DNA from: Elusimicrobiota bacterium
GTDB lineage: Bacteria; Elusimicrobiota; Elusimicrobia; UBA1565; UBA9628
Assembly (NCBI GenBank): GCA_016212825.1
Contig: JACRDS010000052.1
Location: 424 to 64,423 of the forward strand
Length of the DNA stretch: 64,000 nucleotides
Reading direction: 5' to 3'
Part shown: piece after piece, positions 52,271 to 61,073 of the stretch
How positions within the stretch are numbered: the stretch's first letter is position 1
How the letters are laid out: each line of letters starts with the position of its first letter
Notes under the pieces: model-generated
Told to the model about the DNA's origin: nothing
The model's database searches: none
The model's input: only the letters and a program-made list of their open reading frames with translations
Program-made: the position numbers and the translations under genes

Positions 52271-53002
52271 GTGGAGCGGGAAGACGGGCTGGCGCAGGGC
52301 CGAAAGCTGGTAGCCGGGGCGCGCCGCGTCGCGGTCCTGACCGGAGCGGGGATCTCCGCCGAGAGCGGACTGGCCACCTTCCGCGACTCGGGCGGCTTGT
52401 GGGAGAACCACCGCGTCGAGGACGTGGCCACGCCCCAGGCCTTCGCGCGCGACCCGGTTTTGGTGTGGGAGTTCTACAATGCTCGGCGCCGGGCGGGCGC
52501 CCAGGCCCGGCCCAATCCGGGGCATCTGGCCCTCGCCGCCCTGGAGCAACGCAAGGAATCCGTGGTCATCATCACCCAGAACGTGGACGGCCTGCACCAG
52601 AAGGCGGGCAGCACGCGCGTCGTCGAACTGCACGGCAACATCTGGCGGGCGCGGTGCGCGCGCTGCGGCCGAGCCGCCGCGGACCTGCCGGTCGAGGTCC
52701 CCTTCCTTTCATATTGCGCTTCCTGCCCAGGGCTGCTGCGGCCGGACATCGTATGGTTCGGAGAGGCTCTCGCCCCGCGCGACCTGGAGGCTGCCGCGGC
52801 CGCCCTGCAGGACTGCGGCCTGTTCATGGTGGTTGGGACCTCGGCCCAGGTCCAGCCCGCCGCCTCCTTCGCTTTCGCCGCGGTCGGGAGGGGCGTCGGC
52901 GTCATCGAGGTCAATAAGGAAGAGACCCCCTTGTCAAGCCTGGTCTCCGTCTCCCTGCGGGGCGAGGCGGGGGAAGTCCTGCCCGCTCTTCTTTTCGTAT
53001 AG
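52271..53002 (+). CDS. cobB: NAD-dependent protein deacylase (sirtuin, CobB type)
   Basis: [24 protein letters not shown], and Zn-ribbon cysteines CARCG...CASCPG. GTG start. Confidence 0.9.
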   Translation: MEREDGLAQGRKLVAGARRVAVLTGAGISAESGLATFRDSGGLWENHRVEDVATPQAFARDPVLVWEFYNARRRAGAQARPNPGHLALAALEQRKESVVIITQNVDGLHQKAGSTRVVELHGNIWRARCARCGRAAADLPVEVPFLSYCASCPGLLRPDIVWFGEALAPRDLEAAAAALQDCGLFMVVGTSAQVQPAASFAFAAVGRGVGVIEVNKEETPLSSLVSVSLRGEAGEVLPALLFV

Positions 53003-53125
53003 GTCTTTAGGCCCATAGAGGACTAGGCCCAATGCCCTATATGGGAAGTGGGCCCTTGATGGTAGAATATGGGCCAGAGGACCCAGGTGCAGGATGGGTT
53101 CTCCCAGTACCATCATAACTCAGAG

Positions 53126-53509
53126 ATGAAAACGGCAGGCCGGTACCGGAAGGCGTTGATCCTCGCCTTGCTCCTGCTCAACACGAGCGGGGCGCGCGTC
53201 GTCTCCGTGACCGACGTCTGCCAGAGCAGCCGGGTCTATTTCAGCCCGGCGCGCAGCCTGCGGGCCATCGTCAAGCTGGTCAGCCGCCGGGAGAGCAGGC
53301 CGCGGACTCCTCGAGCCTTCGGGTCGGCGAAGAGCCGCTACTCTTCCCTTGAGATCGAGCGGCTCTGCCGCGATGACCGGCTGGCCATGGTCGTCATCCT
53401 GCCGCCGGTCCATGTCGTGCTCCCGGACGAGAGTTCCCGCCTGCGGCCCGTCTATGCCTGGCAGGCGCCCAAGGACCGCAGTCCCGTCGGCCCGCCCCTG
53501 CTGGTCTGA
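53126..53509 (+). CDS. hypothetical exported protein
   Basis: ATG at 53126 gives a signal-like N-terminus (KALILALLLLNTSGA). TAGAAT box at 53062-53067. Weak support. Confidence 0.4.
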   Translation: MKTAGRYRKALILALLLLNTSGARVVSVTDVCQSSRVYFSPARSLRAIVKLVSRRESRPRTPRAFGSAKSRYSSLEIERLCRDDRLAMVVILPPVHVVLPDESSRLRPVYAWQAPKDRSPVGPPLLV

Positions 53510-53607
53510 TCCCCTCCTCCCTGGCTCCCTGAGCCAGGCGCAGTCGTCCTACCCTTAGTATCCGTCCAGTTCCAGACAAGCCGCATCACCATAACGTGAG
53601 AGGTGTC

Positions 53608-55209
53608 ATGATGATTCAGTGGAAAAAGCCGTTAGCGGTCCTGGCCGCTCTGCTGTGGCAGAATTCGCTCGTCGCTCCTGCCGTGGCCCAGAACTTCAAG
53701 AGGCCTGACAGGCCTTCGTTCGGGCAGCGGCCGCAGCAGCCGGCGCCTCGCCCGCAGCCGCGTCCCGAGAACCCGAGACCGCAGCCTCAGCCGCAGCCGC
53801 GCCCCGAGAACCCGAGACCGCAGCCCCAGCCCCAACCGCAGCCTCGACCCCAGCCGCGTCCTGAGAACCCGAGACCGCAGCCTCAGCCCCAGCCGCGCCC
53901 CGAGAACCCGCGGCCGCAGCCTCGGCCGGAGAACCCGAGACCGCAGCCTCAGCCCCAGCCGCGCCCCGAGAACCCGAGACCGCAGCCTCAGCCGCAGCCG
54001 CGCCCCGAGAACCCGAGACCGCAGCCCCAGCCCCAACCGCAGCCTCGGCCCCAGCCGCGTCCTGAGAACCCGAGACCGCAGCCCCAGCCCCAACCGCAGC
54101 CTCGGCCCCAGCCGCGCCCTGAGAACCCGAGACCGCATCCCCAGCCGCTGCCCCGGCCTCAGCCTCGCCCCGAGAACCCGAGGCCGCAGCCTCAGCCCCG
54201 GCCGCCGCACCAGCAGCCCGCGCCCAGACCGCGGCCGCCTGTCATCGTCAGGCCGCAGCCGACGCATCCGGGACAGCCGGGGACCAGACCGACCCTGCCC
54301 AAGCCGCAGCCCATCGACCGGCACATGGACCCGCGCCACGGCGGCTCGTTCCAGCACCCGACCGTGGGGCCTGACCGCCGGCCGATCAGCCAGAGGCCGT
54401 GGGAAGGCCGCAACCACCGGGTGATCCCGCCCGGCCGCGACCACATCACGATCATAAACCACACGACCGTGATCAACAACATCCGGGACATCCACAACCG
54501 CTGGGACCGCAACGACCGCGGCTACTACTGGCACGAGTGGAACGGCCATCGCATAAGCCATCACTACGACGGGTCCTACTTCTGGTGGGGCTTCTATGTC
54601 GGCGATTACTACTTCTGGACCCGCTACTGGAACGACTACTACTGGTGGTACGACCCGTACTGGCACCGCTGGTGCTATATGCGGGAGAACCAATGGTGGT
54701 GGCAGGATCCGGCCCGCCCGACGGTTATCTTCATCTATCGGGACGGCTCCTATTACCAGTACGGCAACACGGTCGGCGGCGTGGTCTTGAATCCCGACCC
54801 CACGCCTCCGGTCGAGGCGCCGCCCGCGGACCCCGAACCGGCCCCGGCTCCCGCGCCGGAGAGCAAGTCCTTCTACAGCGCGGACGGGACCCGGATCGTG
54901 CAGGTCTTCGGGGAGCAGAAGGACGCGTTCCTCTACGACGCGGCCGAGACGCCCGCCTTCGAGCCCCAATGGCTCGATTCCGGAGTGACGGAAGTGCGCT
55001 TCAAGCTCGACGAACAGGAGAACCTCACCACCATCATGACGCTCAAGGATGACGGCGGCTTCAACCTGTTCGACCAGGACGGCAAACCCTTGACCCTCGC
55101 GCCGGCCCCGGCGCCGGTGGACGGGGGGGAGACTGGCTCCACGGTCGGCTCGAGCCTGCAGGAGTCCAAGCTCTTCGGCTCCCTGCAGACCGGCGCCGTG
55201 GCCTGGTAG
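53608..55209 (+). CDS. secreted protein: Pro-rich RPENPRPQPQPQP repeats plus Trp/Tyr/His-rich domain plus C-terminal globular region
   Basis: Signal peptide (LAVLAALLWQNSLVAPAVAQ). About 150 aa of PQ/RPENP repeats, then YYWHEWNGHRISHHYDGSYFWWGFYVGDYYFWTRYWNDYYWWYDPYWHRW. Confidence 0.7.
   Translation: MMIQWKKPLAVLAALLWQNSLVAPAVAQNFKRPDRPSFGQRPQQPAPRPQPRPENPRPQPQPQPRPENPRPQPQPQPQPRPQPRPENPRPQPQPQPRPENPRPQPRPENPRPQPQPQPRPENPRPQPQPQPRPENPRPQPQPQPQPRPQPRPENPRPQPQPQPQPRPQPRPENPRPHPQPLPRPQPRPENPRPQPQPRPPHQQPAPRPRPPVIVRPQPTHPGQPGTRPTLPKPQPIDRHMDPRHGGSFQHPTVGPDRRPISQRPWEGRNHRVIPPGRDHITIINHTTVINNIRDIHNRWDRNDRGYYWHEWNGHRISHHYDGSYFWWGFYVGDYYFWTRYWNDYYWWYDPYWHRWCYMRENQWWWQDPARPTVIFIYRDGSYYQYGNTVGGVVLNPDPTPPVEAPPADPEPAPAPAPESKSFYSADGTRIVQVFGEQKDAFLYDAAETPAFEPQWLDSGVTEVRFKLDEQENLTTIMTLKDDGGFNLFDQDGKPLTLAPAPAPVDGGETGSTVGSSLQESKLFGSLQTGAVAW
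53767..54200 (+). repeat. in-frame tandem coding repeats
   Basis: GAGAACCCG-core units start at 53767, 53806, 53863, 53902, 53929, 53968, 54007, 54064, 54121 and 54172. The spacings (39, 57, 39, 27, 39, 39, 57, 57, 51) are all multiples of 3. Confidence 0.85.
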
Positions 55210-55229
55210 ACGTCCGAAGCATCTGGAAA

Positions 55230-55257
55230 GGGCCCGGACCCGCGAGGGTCCGGGCCC
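55230..55257. terminator. bidirectional terminator hairpin (12-bp perfect stem, GCGA loop)
   Basis: GGGCCCGGACCC-gcga-GGGTCCGGGCCC between convergent genes, followed by ggtCTTTg. Confidence 0.65.
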
Positions 55258-55288
55258 GGTCTTTGATAGAATCCCGGGGCCGCCGGGC

Positions 55289-56041
55289 TCAGGACTCGGC
55301 GATGCGGGCCCGGACCTTTGCCCAGGAAGCGGTGATGAGGAAGCTCTCCTCCATGTCTCCCGCCATGCGCGCCAGCAGGGCCATGGGGACAGCGAAGGAG
55401 AGCGTCCGTTCCGGCACGGAGGGCCGCGCCGAGACGTCGAACATGCCCAGCACGGCGCGAGGCTCGGGACTCCGGGCCTCCAGGCAGGGGTACTGGGCGA
55501 TGGCGGCGCAGCCGGCGCCGAAAGGACAGATGACGCTCTCCCGGCGCCGGTCCGCGTAGCCGGCCAAGGTGAAGAGTCCGGAGAGCACGTCCGGCGGCGC
55601 GAAGAAGACCGCCGTCTCGGGCCGGTCCGCGGCCGACAGCCTGTCCCAGCGCTTGAATACGGCGTACTTCCCGGGAGCCCGCAGGAAGGGGGCTCCCTGC
55701 ATGAACTCCTGGACCAGCTCCGGGCTCTTCTTGTAGCGCTCCCCCTCGAGCTTTCCCGGGATGCCGCAGGAGAGGAAATGCTCGAAGCCGGGCATGAGCT
55801 CGTCGCTGAAGCCCAGGTAGCGCCGGCCGCCCGGGCAGCCGATGGTCCCATCCGTGAAGGCGATGTCCTCGCCGCGCCGAACCGCGGCGAGCTGGCCGAT
55901 CATGCAGACATGGCCTTTGACCGGACGCAGCAGGGCCGCGTAGGCCTGGTCGTCAGAGTAGAATAGGCAGATGGGCAGCTCCGCCTTGTCGAAGTGCTTC
56001 GCCCAGAGCTCGATGAAGCGGTCCCGCAGCGCCATGTCCAT
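55289..56041 (-). CDS. DUF169-family protein
   Basis: ATG at 56041 with an AAGGAGG SD. IGCPGGRRYLGF-type motif and ~250 aa size fit DUF169. The longer ORF to 56170 lacks support. Confidence 0.65.
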   Translation of the reverse strand: MDMALRDRFIELWAKHFDKAELPICLFYSDDQAYAALLRPVKGHVCMIGQLAAVRRGEDIAFTDGTIGCPGGRRYLGFSDELMPGFEHFLSCGIPGKLEGERYKKSPELVQEFMQGAPFLRAPGKYAVFKRWDRLSAADRPETAVFFAPPDVLSGLFTLAGYADRRRESVICPFGAGCAAIAQYPCLEARSPEPRAVLGMFDVSARPSVPERTLSFAVPMALLARMAGDMEESFLITASWAKVRARIAES

Positions 56042-56133
56042 GCGTCCTCCTTTGCGGCCTGGCCCGGATTCTAGCAAAGCGCGTCCGATGGCGGCGATGC
56101 GACAAAACCTCCGGCGCCCCGGGGCCGCTGGCG

Positions 56134-56580
56134 CTAGAGTTGGGTGTCGATGACGATGTGCACGCGCCAATCGCCGGGGTAGGCCGTGCTGGGATATCGG
56201 CCCATGAGGTCGCCTTTCTGCGGCTGGCCGAGCCTGCCGTGGGTGTTCATCTCGACCGTGACGTCGAGCGGAGCGCCGGGCGGGAGATCCGGCATGAGCA
56301 GGTCCTCCGTGCGGAGGGTGAACTTGACCGGGAACTGCGGGTTGACGATGCGCTGCACGGCCACGGGCACTCCGCCGTGGTTGCGCGCGATGACGAACAA
56401 GACCGCGTTGTCGCGCGGGGCCCGGCGCTGGAGCGCCGAGGCGATGGTGACGGCGCCGGAGAGGCGGAACTCGCCCCGCCGGCAGGCCCCGCCCAGGACG
56501 GCCAGGGCCAGTGCCCCGGCGAGCAGGGCTAGGCGGCGGGCTGGGGGGGCGGGGGAGAGAGCTTCTTGATGGCCAGCCAT
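56134..56580 (-). CDS. lipoprotein with CcmI C-terminal-like domain
   Basis: LGGAC lipobox. VLFVIARNHGGVPVAVQRI...FPVKFTLRTEDLLMP...VTVEMNTHGRLGQPQKGDLMG resembles the C-terminal domain of CcmI/CycH. The start ATG at 56580 overlaps the upstream gene by 52 nt. Confidence 0.4.
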   Translation of the reverse strand: MAGHQEALSPAPPARRLALLAGALALAVLGGACRRGEFRLSGAVTIASALQRRAPRDNAVLFVIARNHGGVPVAVQRIVNPQFPVKFTLRTEDLLMPDLPPGAPLDVTVEMNTHGRLGQPQKGDLMGRYPSTAYPGDWRVHIVIDTQL

Positions 56581-57323
56581 AGGTAGATGGTGGTGGCGAC
56601 GGCGCAGAGCAGGGTGAGCTGCGGCACTTGGGCCGGGACCAGGAGGAGGATGCACTGGATCGCGATGACCAAAGTCTGGGCGTAGACGCTCAGGTTGAAG
56701 AGCGGCACGAACTCGAGCCCCGCCTCGGCCACGCCGTTGACGATCAAGGCGATGAGCGAGTAGAAGAGCGAGGCGACCAGCTTCCAGGCCATGAACACGG
56801 CGAACGCGGCCGCGAAGCCCAGGGGATAGAGGATCAGGCGGAGGCTGCGCGCCAGCTCGCGGTAGAACTTGGCGTCGAAGACCCGGGTCTCCGCCGTGGG
56901 CACCTTGGAGAAATCGTAGGCTTCCACCTTGCCGCCCGGCTGCAGGACGTAGAGGGCGCCTCCGGTCAGGTAGGCCGTGGCCTTCTCCTCGTTGAGGACC
57001 TGGGCGGTGACCGGCTCGACGCGGAGGGTGTCGATGACCACCGCGACCTCGCTGACCCGCGGATGGCGCACCGTGACCTTCTCGTCGGTCGGCGTGGACA
57101 TGCGTCCTTTGGAGAACGTGATGGCCGGGACGCTCGTCTCCAGCCACTGGAAGGTCTCTTGAAGCGAAGGCCAGACGTGCGTCTTCAGGAAGACGGTGAA
57201 GACGATGGAGAAGAGGACCCCCAGGTAGGCCAGGTACAGGAAGGTCCGGCCCAGGGTCTGGACCGCCACCTTCCTGTAGAATTCGATGCTGGTGATGCTG
57301 TTGACGGGATCTAGCAGGATCAT
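56529..57323 (-). CDS. DUF1189-like polytopic membrane protein
   Basis: N-terminal IEFYRKVAVQTLGRTFLYLAYLGVLFSIVF pattern and topology resemble DUF1189 (YvdJ-like). Confidence 0.5.
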   Translation of the reverse strand: MILLDPVNSITSIEFYRKVAVQTLGRTFLYLAYLGVLFSIVFTVFLKTHVWPSLQETFQWLETSVPAITFSKGRMSTPTDEKVTVRHPRVSEVAVVIDTLRVEPVTAQVLNEEKATAYLTGGALYVLQPGGKVEAYDFSKVPTAETRVFDAKFYRELARSLRLILYPLGFAAAFAVFMAWKLVASLFYSLIALIVNGVAEAGLEFVPLFNLSVYAQTLVIAIQCILLLVPAQVPQLTLLCAVATTIYLWLAIKKLSPPPPQPAA

Positions 57324-57362
57324 GGAGCGCTCCTCTCGCCGCGAGAGTATATCAAAAGGGCC

Positions 57363-58448
57363 TCAGAGCCGGGGGCCGGTGAGGCGGTGGCGGGCTTCGA
57401 GCTTGCGGCGCCAGGTCCCGCGCAGGGGCGTGTCGGGGAACAGGCGCGCCGCTTGGAGCAGCAGCTCCACGCAGCCCGCCGCGTCCGAGGCCCGCACCCT
57501 CTCCGGCGCGATGCGGCGGCCTCCGATGCCGTTGTGGTAGTTGACCAGGGGCAGGGCCACCCCGGCGGTCTCGTAGCCGAAGCTCTGGTAGGCCGTGGCC
57601 TCGCAGGTGCCGCCGGTGAGGCGCCGGCGCTGGACCGGCAGGCGCCGCTTCTTGAGAGCAAGCGCGGCTTGGTCGAGCAGGGCCGTCAGGTTGGCGTCGA
57701 AGAGCACGGCCTTGTCTCCCACGCGGATGACCGGCCCGCGGCCCGGCCGGGCCCCGGGCAGGGACCGGGAGGCTTCGATGGAGACGATGGAGTCCATGGG
57801 CGAGGCCAGGCCGCGGCGCGCGAATTCCAGGGCGCCCACGAAGCCGACCTCCTCGGCCCGGTGCAGGAAGACCGTGAGGTTGGCCTTGAGCCGGGCCTGG
57901 GCCGCGCGCCGCAGGACTTCCAGGGCGATGGCGCAGCCCAGCAGGTCGTCTATGGAGCGCGACAGCACCCAGCCGTCCTTGAGTTCCAGAGGCGTCAGGG
58001 CCAGCACGCCGAAGGCCAGGCGCGTCTTCGGCCGCGGCGGCTCGGTCCAGGTCAGGGCGAAGGCGTCGCCTTCCTTCGGGGCGGGCCCCAGCACTCCCGC
58101 GGCTGCGGGCCGGTTGTCCCGGGGCCGGGCCGGGAAGGCTTCCACGGAGCATCCTTCCAGGAGTTCGCGGGGGTGCCCGCCCTGCAGGATCGCCCGGGCC
58201 CCGCGTCGGGTGACTTGCCGGATGTGGAAGCCGGGATGGTCCATGTGCGCGGCCAGGACCAGGGCCGGGCCGGTGCCGCGGCCGCGGTAGGAGACTACGA
58301 GCCCGCCGCGATGGCGGCGCAGGCGCGCGCGGCGGCCCAGCTCGCGGCCCAGCCAGGCCCGGACCGCCTGCGCCACCGCGGCTTCGTAGAAGGGCGCGGT
58401 GGGCACGGAGGTGAGGCGGCGGAACAGCTCGAGGACGGGGCTGGCCAT
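57363..58448 (-). CDS. M42-family metallopeptidase (glutamyl aminopeptidase / cellulase-like)
   Basis: LLxxLTSVPTAPFYE, LAAHMDHPGF, SRSIDDLLGC and EEVGFVGA motifs. Confidence 0.8.
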   Translation of the reverse strand: MASPVLELFRRLTSVPTAPFYEAAVAQAVRAWLGRELGRRARLRRHRGGLVVSYRGRGTGPALVLAAHMDHPGFHIRQVTRRGARAILQGGHPRELLEGCSVEAFPARPRDNRPAAAGVLGPAPKEGDAFALTWTEPPRPKTRLAFGVLALTPLELKDGWVLSRSIDDLLGCAIALEVLRRAAQARLKANLTVFLHRAEEVGFVGALEFARRGLASPMDSIVSIEASRSLPGARPGRGPVIRVGDKAVLFDANLTALLDQAALALKKRRLPVQRRRLTGGTCEATAYQSFGYETAGVALPLVNYHNGIGGRRIAPERVRASDAAGCVELLLQAARLFPDTPLRGTWRRKLEARHRLTGPRL

Positions 58449-58453
58449 GGAGA

Positions 58454-58789
58454 TCAGAGTCCCGCGGGCAGCTGGCCCTGCAGGAGGCCGGCCGCGGCGT
58501 TGTTGAGGAGCTGGTAGACGCGGATGCATCCCATCACCAGCTCGTAGGTCATGAGGGCGGCCAGGGCCGTGTAGGCCCACTTCGACGCTTTCGAGATGAC
58601 CGGGGAGCGCCAGGCCAGGGCCAGGCTGAACGGTCCCAGCGCGAAGAAGGTGAGCACGAGTATGCCCCAGTGCTGGTAGTACCAGGGGAAGTGGGTCAGA
58701 TGGGAGCCGCAGAACCGGCAGAAGTTGTCCTCCTCCGCGACGAACCTGCGGCAGCGCCAGCAGGCCCCGCCTTCCTTGGGATTCTTCAT
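58454..58789 (-). CDS. zinc-ribbon membrane protein
   Basis: CWRC...CRFCG ribbon followed by 3 hydrophobic helices. Confidence 0.55.
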   Translation of the reverse strand: MKNPKEGGACWRCRRFVAEEDNFCRFCGSHLTHFPWYYQHWGILVLTFFALGPFSLALAWRSPVISKASKWAYTALAALMTYELVMGCIRVYQLLNNAAAGLLQGQLPAGL

Positions 58790-60783
58790 CGCGCGTGTAT
58801 TATACCAGTCCCGGAAAGGGCGGCGCGCAGGCGGCCCGCTTCCTCCCGGACCGCGGGGTCCGGGGGCCAGGCCGCGAAGGAGGCGGCGTAGGCGGCGAGG
58901 GCTTCCTCGCCGCGGCCCATCCGGACCAGGATGCGGGCCAGGAGCAGCGCCCGGCGGGCGCCGGCCATGCTCCCGTTGACGCCGGCGACGTCGAGGGACA
59001 GGAAGCCGCCCTCCAACTGGGGCGCGTAGCGCGAGATGTCGTAGATGGGGTCGCGCGAGGCCGGGGCTTTGCCGGGAGCGCCGACCGCGAAGACCCGGAA
59101 GCCGGCGTTCTCATAGCGGAGGGAGAAGCCCTTGAGCCTCTCCGGATGGAACTGGAACAGGACCGCGGCCGCGTCGGCCCGGAGGCGCAGGCTCCCGGAG
59201 GCGTAGCGCGGCCCGTCCGGGGTCTCGTCGAGAATGGCGTCCACGGAGTGGACGTAGAGCGCGGCCCCGTAGCGGCGGCAGAAGGAGGTGAAGTCCGCTT
59301 CGCCCCCGTACAGGGCGCGGAGGAACTCCAGGGTCTTGGCGCGGATGGCCGGGGCCTCGAACTTGGGCTGGAGCAGGATGGGGGAGCCGGCGTAGGTCAG
59401 CAGGGAGGAGGAGAGCCCGTAGCCGGCGAGCACGGGCTGGTCCGGGCCGCCGTTCCTGGCCAGCCAGCGGATCAGAGCCAGCTCGTCTGCGAAGGAGCCT
59501 GCGGGCCGGCGCTCCGGTGCGGTGGCGGCCGCGGAGAGCATGAGGAAGGGGTTGAGGCGCGAGGCCGGGGCCAGCGACTTGGCGCCTTCCAGGAGCGCGA
59601 CCGCGAGGAAGAAAGCGGGCAGCCACGCGCCGCGCAGCCAGCGCGGGGGAAGGCGGCAGGCCGCGGCGCAGAGCAGGAAGGCCAGGATCGGGGTCAGGCG
59701 CGCCACCAGGGCTGTGCCGGCCAGATAGAGGAGCAGGAGGGCGCTCACCAGCGATGAGGAGGCCTCCGCAGGAGCCTCCTTCCTGCCCAGCAGCGCGGCC
59801 AGGCGGGGCAGAGCCAGCGCGGCCAGGGGCAGGAACGAGACGAGCAGGAAGCCCGGTTCCGGGGAGCGGAAGGGGCCCGACCAGAGCAGGCGCGCGTGCG
59901 GGTTCAACTGCGCCGGGTCGGCGGGCTGGACCAAGCCGTGGCGCAGCTTCTCCCAGAGCAGGCCGTAGACGTGGCCGTAGGCTCCCGCGGGCGCCCGGAG
60001 CGCCTCGCGCAGATGCGCGCAGAGTAGAACCGCGGCCAGAGCCCCGAGCCCCAGCGCGGCGGCGGCCTCCGCCAGGCGGCGCAGGTCCTGCGCGTCGCGG
60101 CGCCGCCGCCACGCGGCCCAGCCCAGGGCCAGGAAGACCGCGGCCAGATGGAAGCTCGAGAAATGCCAGCTGGCCAAAGCCGCGGCCATGAGCAGCCCGG
60201 CTGCGGCGGCAGGGAGCCGGGGGCGCGCCGTCTCCCGGTCCAGGGCGTGGAGCAGGAAGGCCAGGCTGCCCAGGAGCATGGGCAGGGCGAAGCTCTCGAA
60301 GCCGTAGGTGCCGATGCCGTTGGACATCCCGGCCCAGGACAGGGCGAAGGCCGCGGCCGCGGCCAGGGCCAGGGGCGGGGAGCGGGAGAGGCTCAGGGCC
60401 GCGGCGTAGAGGGCCGGGATGGTGAGGCTGGCCAGGACCGCGGCCCAGACCAGCACGAACCAGCGCAGGTCGCGCAGGGGGGTGAAGAGGTTCAGGACGC
60501 GCCAGGTCCAGCCCGTGGCCCGCTCCATGGCGAGGGTTATCTCCCGGCGGGTCCGGATGCCCTCCGGGTGCTGCGCGTCGCGGTCGAGCTCGGGGATGGC
60601 GGCGCCGGAAGCGGCCAGGCGGGCGTAACGGTACTGGAGCGCGCTCTCGGCCCGGAAGTAGGCGGTCTCGTCGTCCGGGTCATAGCGCGGCAGGGCCACG
60701 CTCTGGCGCAGCTTGAGGTGGACGTTGGCCGCGGCCAGCACGGCCAGCAGGGACAGGGCGAGGCGGAGGCCGGCGGTCCTCAT
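58786..60783 (-). CDS. large polytopic membrane protein, GT-C fold (STT3/ArnT-like) with helical-repeat C-terminus
   Basis: YDPDDETAYFR in the first periplasmic loop resembles the acidic DxD loop of GT-C enzymes. More than 12 helices and a soluble C-terminal domain. Confidence 0.45.
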   Translation of the reverse strand: MRTAGLRLALSLLAVLAAANVHLKLRQSVALPRYDPDDETAYFRAESALQYRYARLAASGAAIPELDRDAQHPEGIRTRREITLAMERATGWTWRVLNLFTPLRDLRWFVLVWAAVLASLTIPALYAAALSLSRSPPLALAAAAAFALSWAGMSNGIGTYGFESFALPMLLGSLAFLLHALDRETARPRLPAAAAGLLMAAALASWHFSSFHLAAVFLALGWAAWRRRRDAQDLRRLAEAAAALGLGALAAVLLCAHLREALRAPAGAYGHVYGLLWEKLRHGLVQPADPAQLNPHARLLWSGPFRSPEPGFLLVSFLPLAALALPRLAALLGRKEAPAEASSSLVSALLLLYLAGTALVARLTPILAFLLCAAACRLPPRWLRGAWLPAFFLAVALLEGAKSLAPASRLNPFLMLSAAATAPERRPAGSFADELALIRWLARNGGPDQPVLAGYGLSSSLLTYAGSPILLQPKFEAPAIRAKTLEFLRALYGGEADFTSFCRRYGAALYVHSVDAILDETPDGPRYASGSLRLRADAAAVLFQFHPERLKGFSLRYENAGFRVFAVGAPGKAPASRDPIYDISRYAPQLEGGFLSLDVAGVNGSMAGARRALLLARILVRMGRGEEALAAYAASFAAWPPDPAVREEAGRLRAALSGTGIIHAR

Positions 60784-60791
60784 CGTCGCAT

Positions 60792-60820
60792 TTGCCAGCG
60801 GGAACCTAAACTGGTAGAAT
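60792..60820 (+). promoter_or_regulatory. sigma70 promoter (TTGCCA-17 nt-TAGAAT) for tRNA-Glu
   Basis: TTGCCA at 60792-60797 and TAGAAT at 60815-60820, 27 nt before the tRNA 5' end. Confidence 0.6.
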
Positions 60821-60847
60821 GGCTTCCTTGCCGCTCCGGGTCCGGGT

Positions 60848-60924
60848 GGCGCGTTCGTCTAGCGGCCTAGGACGCTGCCCTCTCAAGGCAGAGATCAGGG
60901 GTTCAAATCCCCTACGCGCCACCA
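60848..60924 (+). tRNA. tRNA-Glu (anticodon CUC), CCA encoded
   Basis: Hand-folded cloverleaf. Acceptor GGCGCGT/ACGCGCC, D arm GTCT-AGCGGCCTA-GGAC, anticodon arm CTGCC-CTCTCAA-GGCAG, T arm AGGGG-TTCAAAT-CCCCT, discriminator A, then CCA. Confidence 0.93.
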
Positions 60925-61073
60925 GGCCTCGGAGCATTTTTTTGCCGGCAGTCCCGAAGCCTCGACCCATCGTAGCATTTCCGGATTTGGCCTTTATTTG
61001 ATGCCGGTCTGCTATTATTCTTCCCGGCAGGCGTCATCGGCGTGGCGCCCCGCCGGGGCGATGGTCTCGCCTT

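Noticed and set aside
51017-53002. The caspase-like gene plus Sir2 gene considered as an anti-phage defence pair.
   Set aside because: The sirtuin is a short canonical CobB type with the Zn-ribbon cysteines and no effector-type extensions. The caspase-fold protein lacks the His/Cys dyad. No other defence-associated genes are nearby.
52934-53116. 60-aa minus-strand ORF in the cobB-downstream intergenic region, and the repeated TAGGCCCA / GGGCCC motifs there.
   Set aside because: The ORF has no SD and no recognisable features. The short motifs are too few and too degenerate to call an operator.
53767-54200. The tandem repeats considered as a CRISPR array or non-coding satellite.
   Set aside because: There are no unique spacers of regular length. 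All unit spacings are multiples of three, and the repeats stay in frame within a signal-peptide-bearing ORF.
53632-55851. 739-aa ORF antisense to the Pro-rich repeat gene and running into the DUF169 gene.
   Set aside because: It is the antisense of CCG/CAG-rich repeats, giving Arg/Leu/Gly repeats. The plus-strand product has a signal peptide and a structured C-terminus. The DUF169 gene has its own SD and ATG at 56041.
60848-61073. tRNA-Glu considered as an integration site for a genomic island.
   Set aside because: I noticed no integrase and no direct repeat of the tRNA 3' end downstream. The following genes are ordinary lipoprotein, SWIB, cNMP-binding and lipid A acyltransferase genes.
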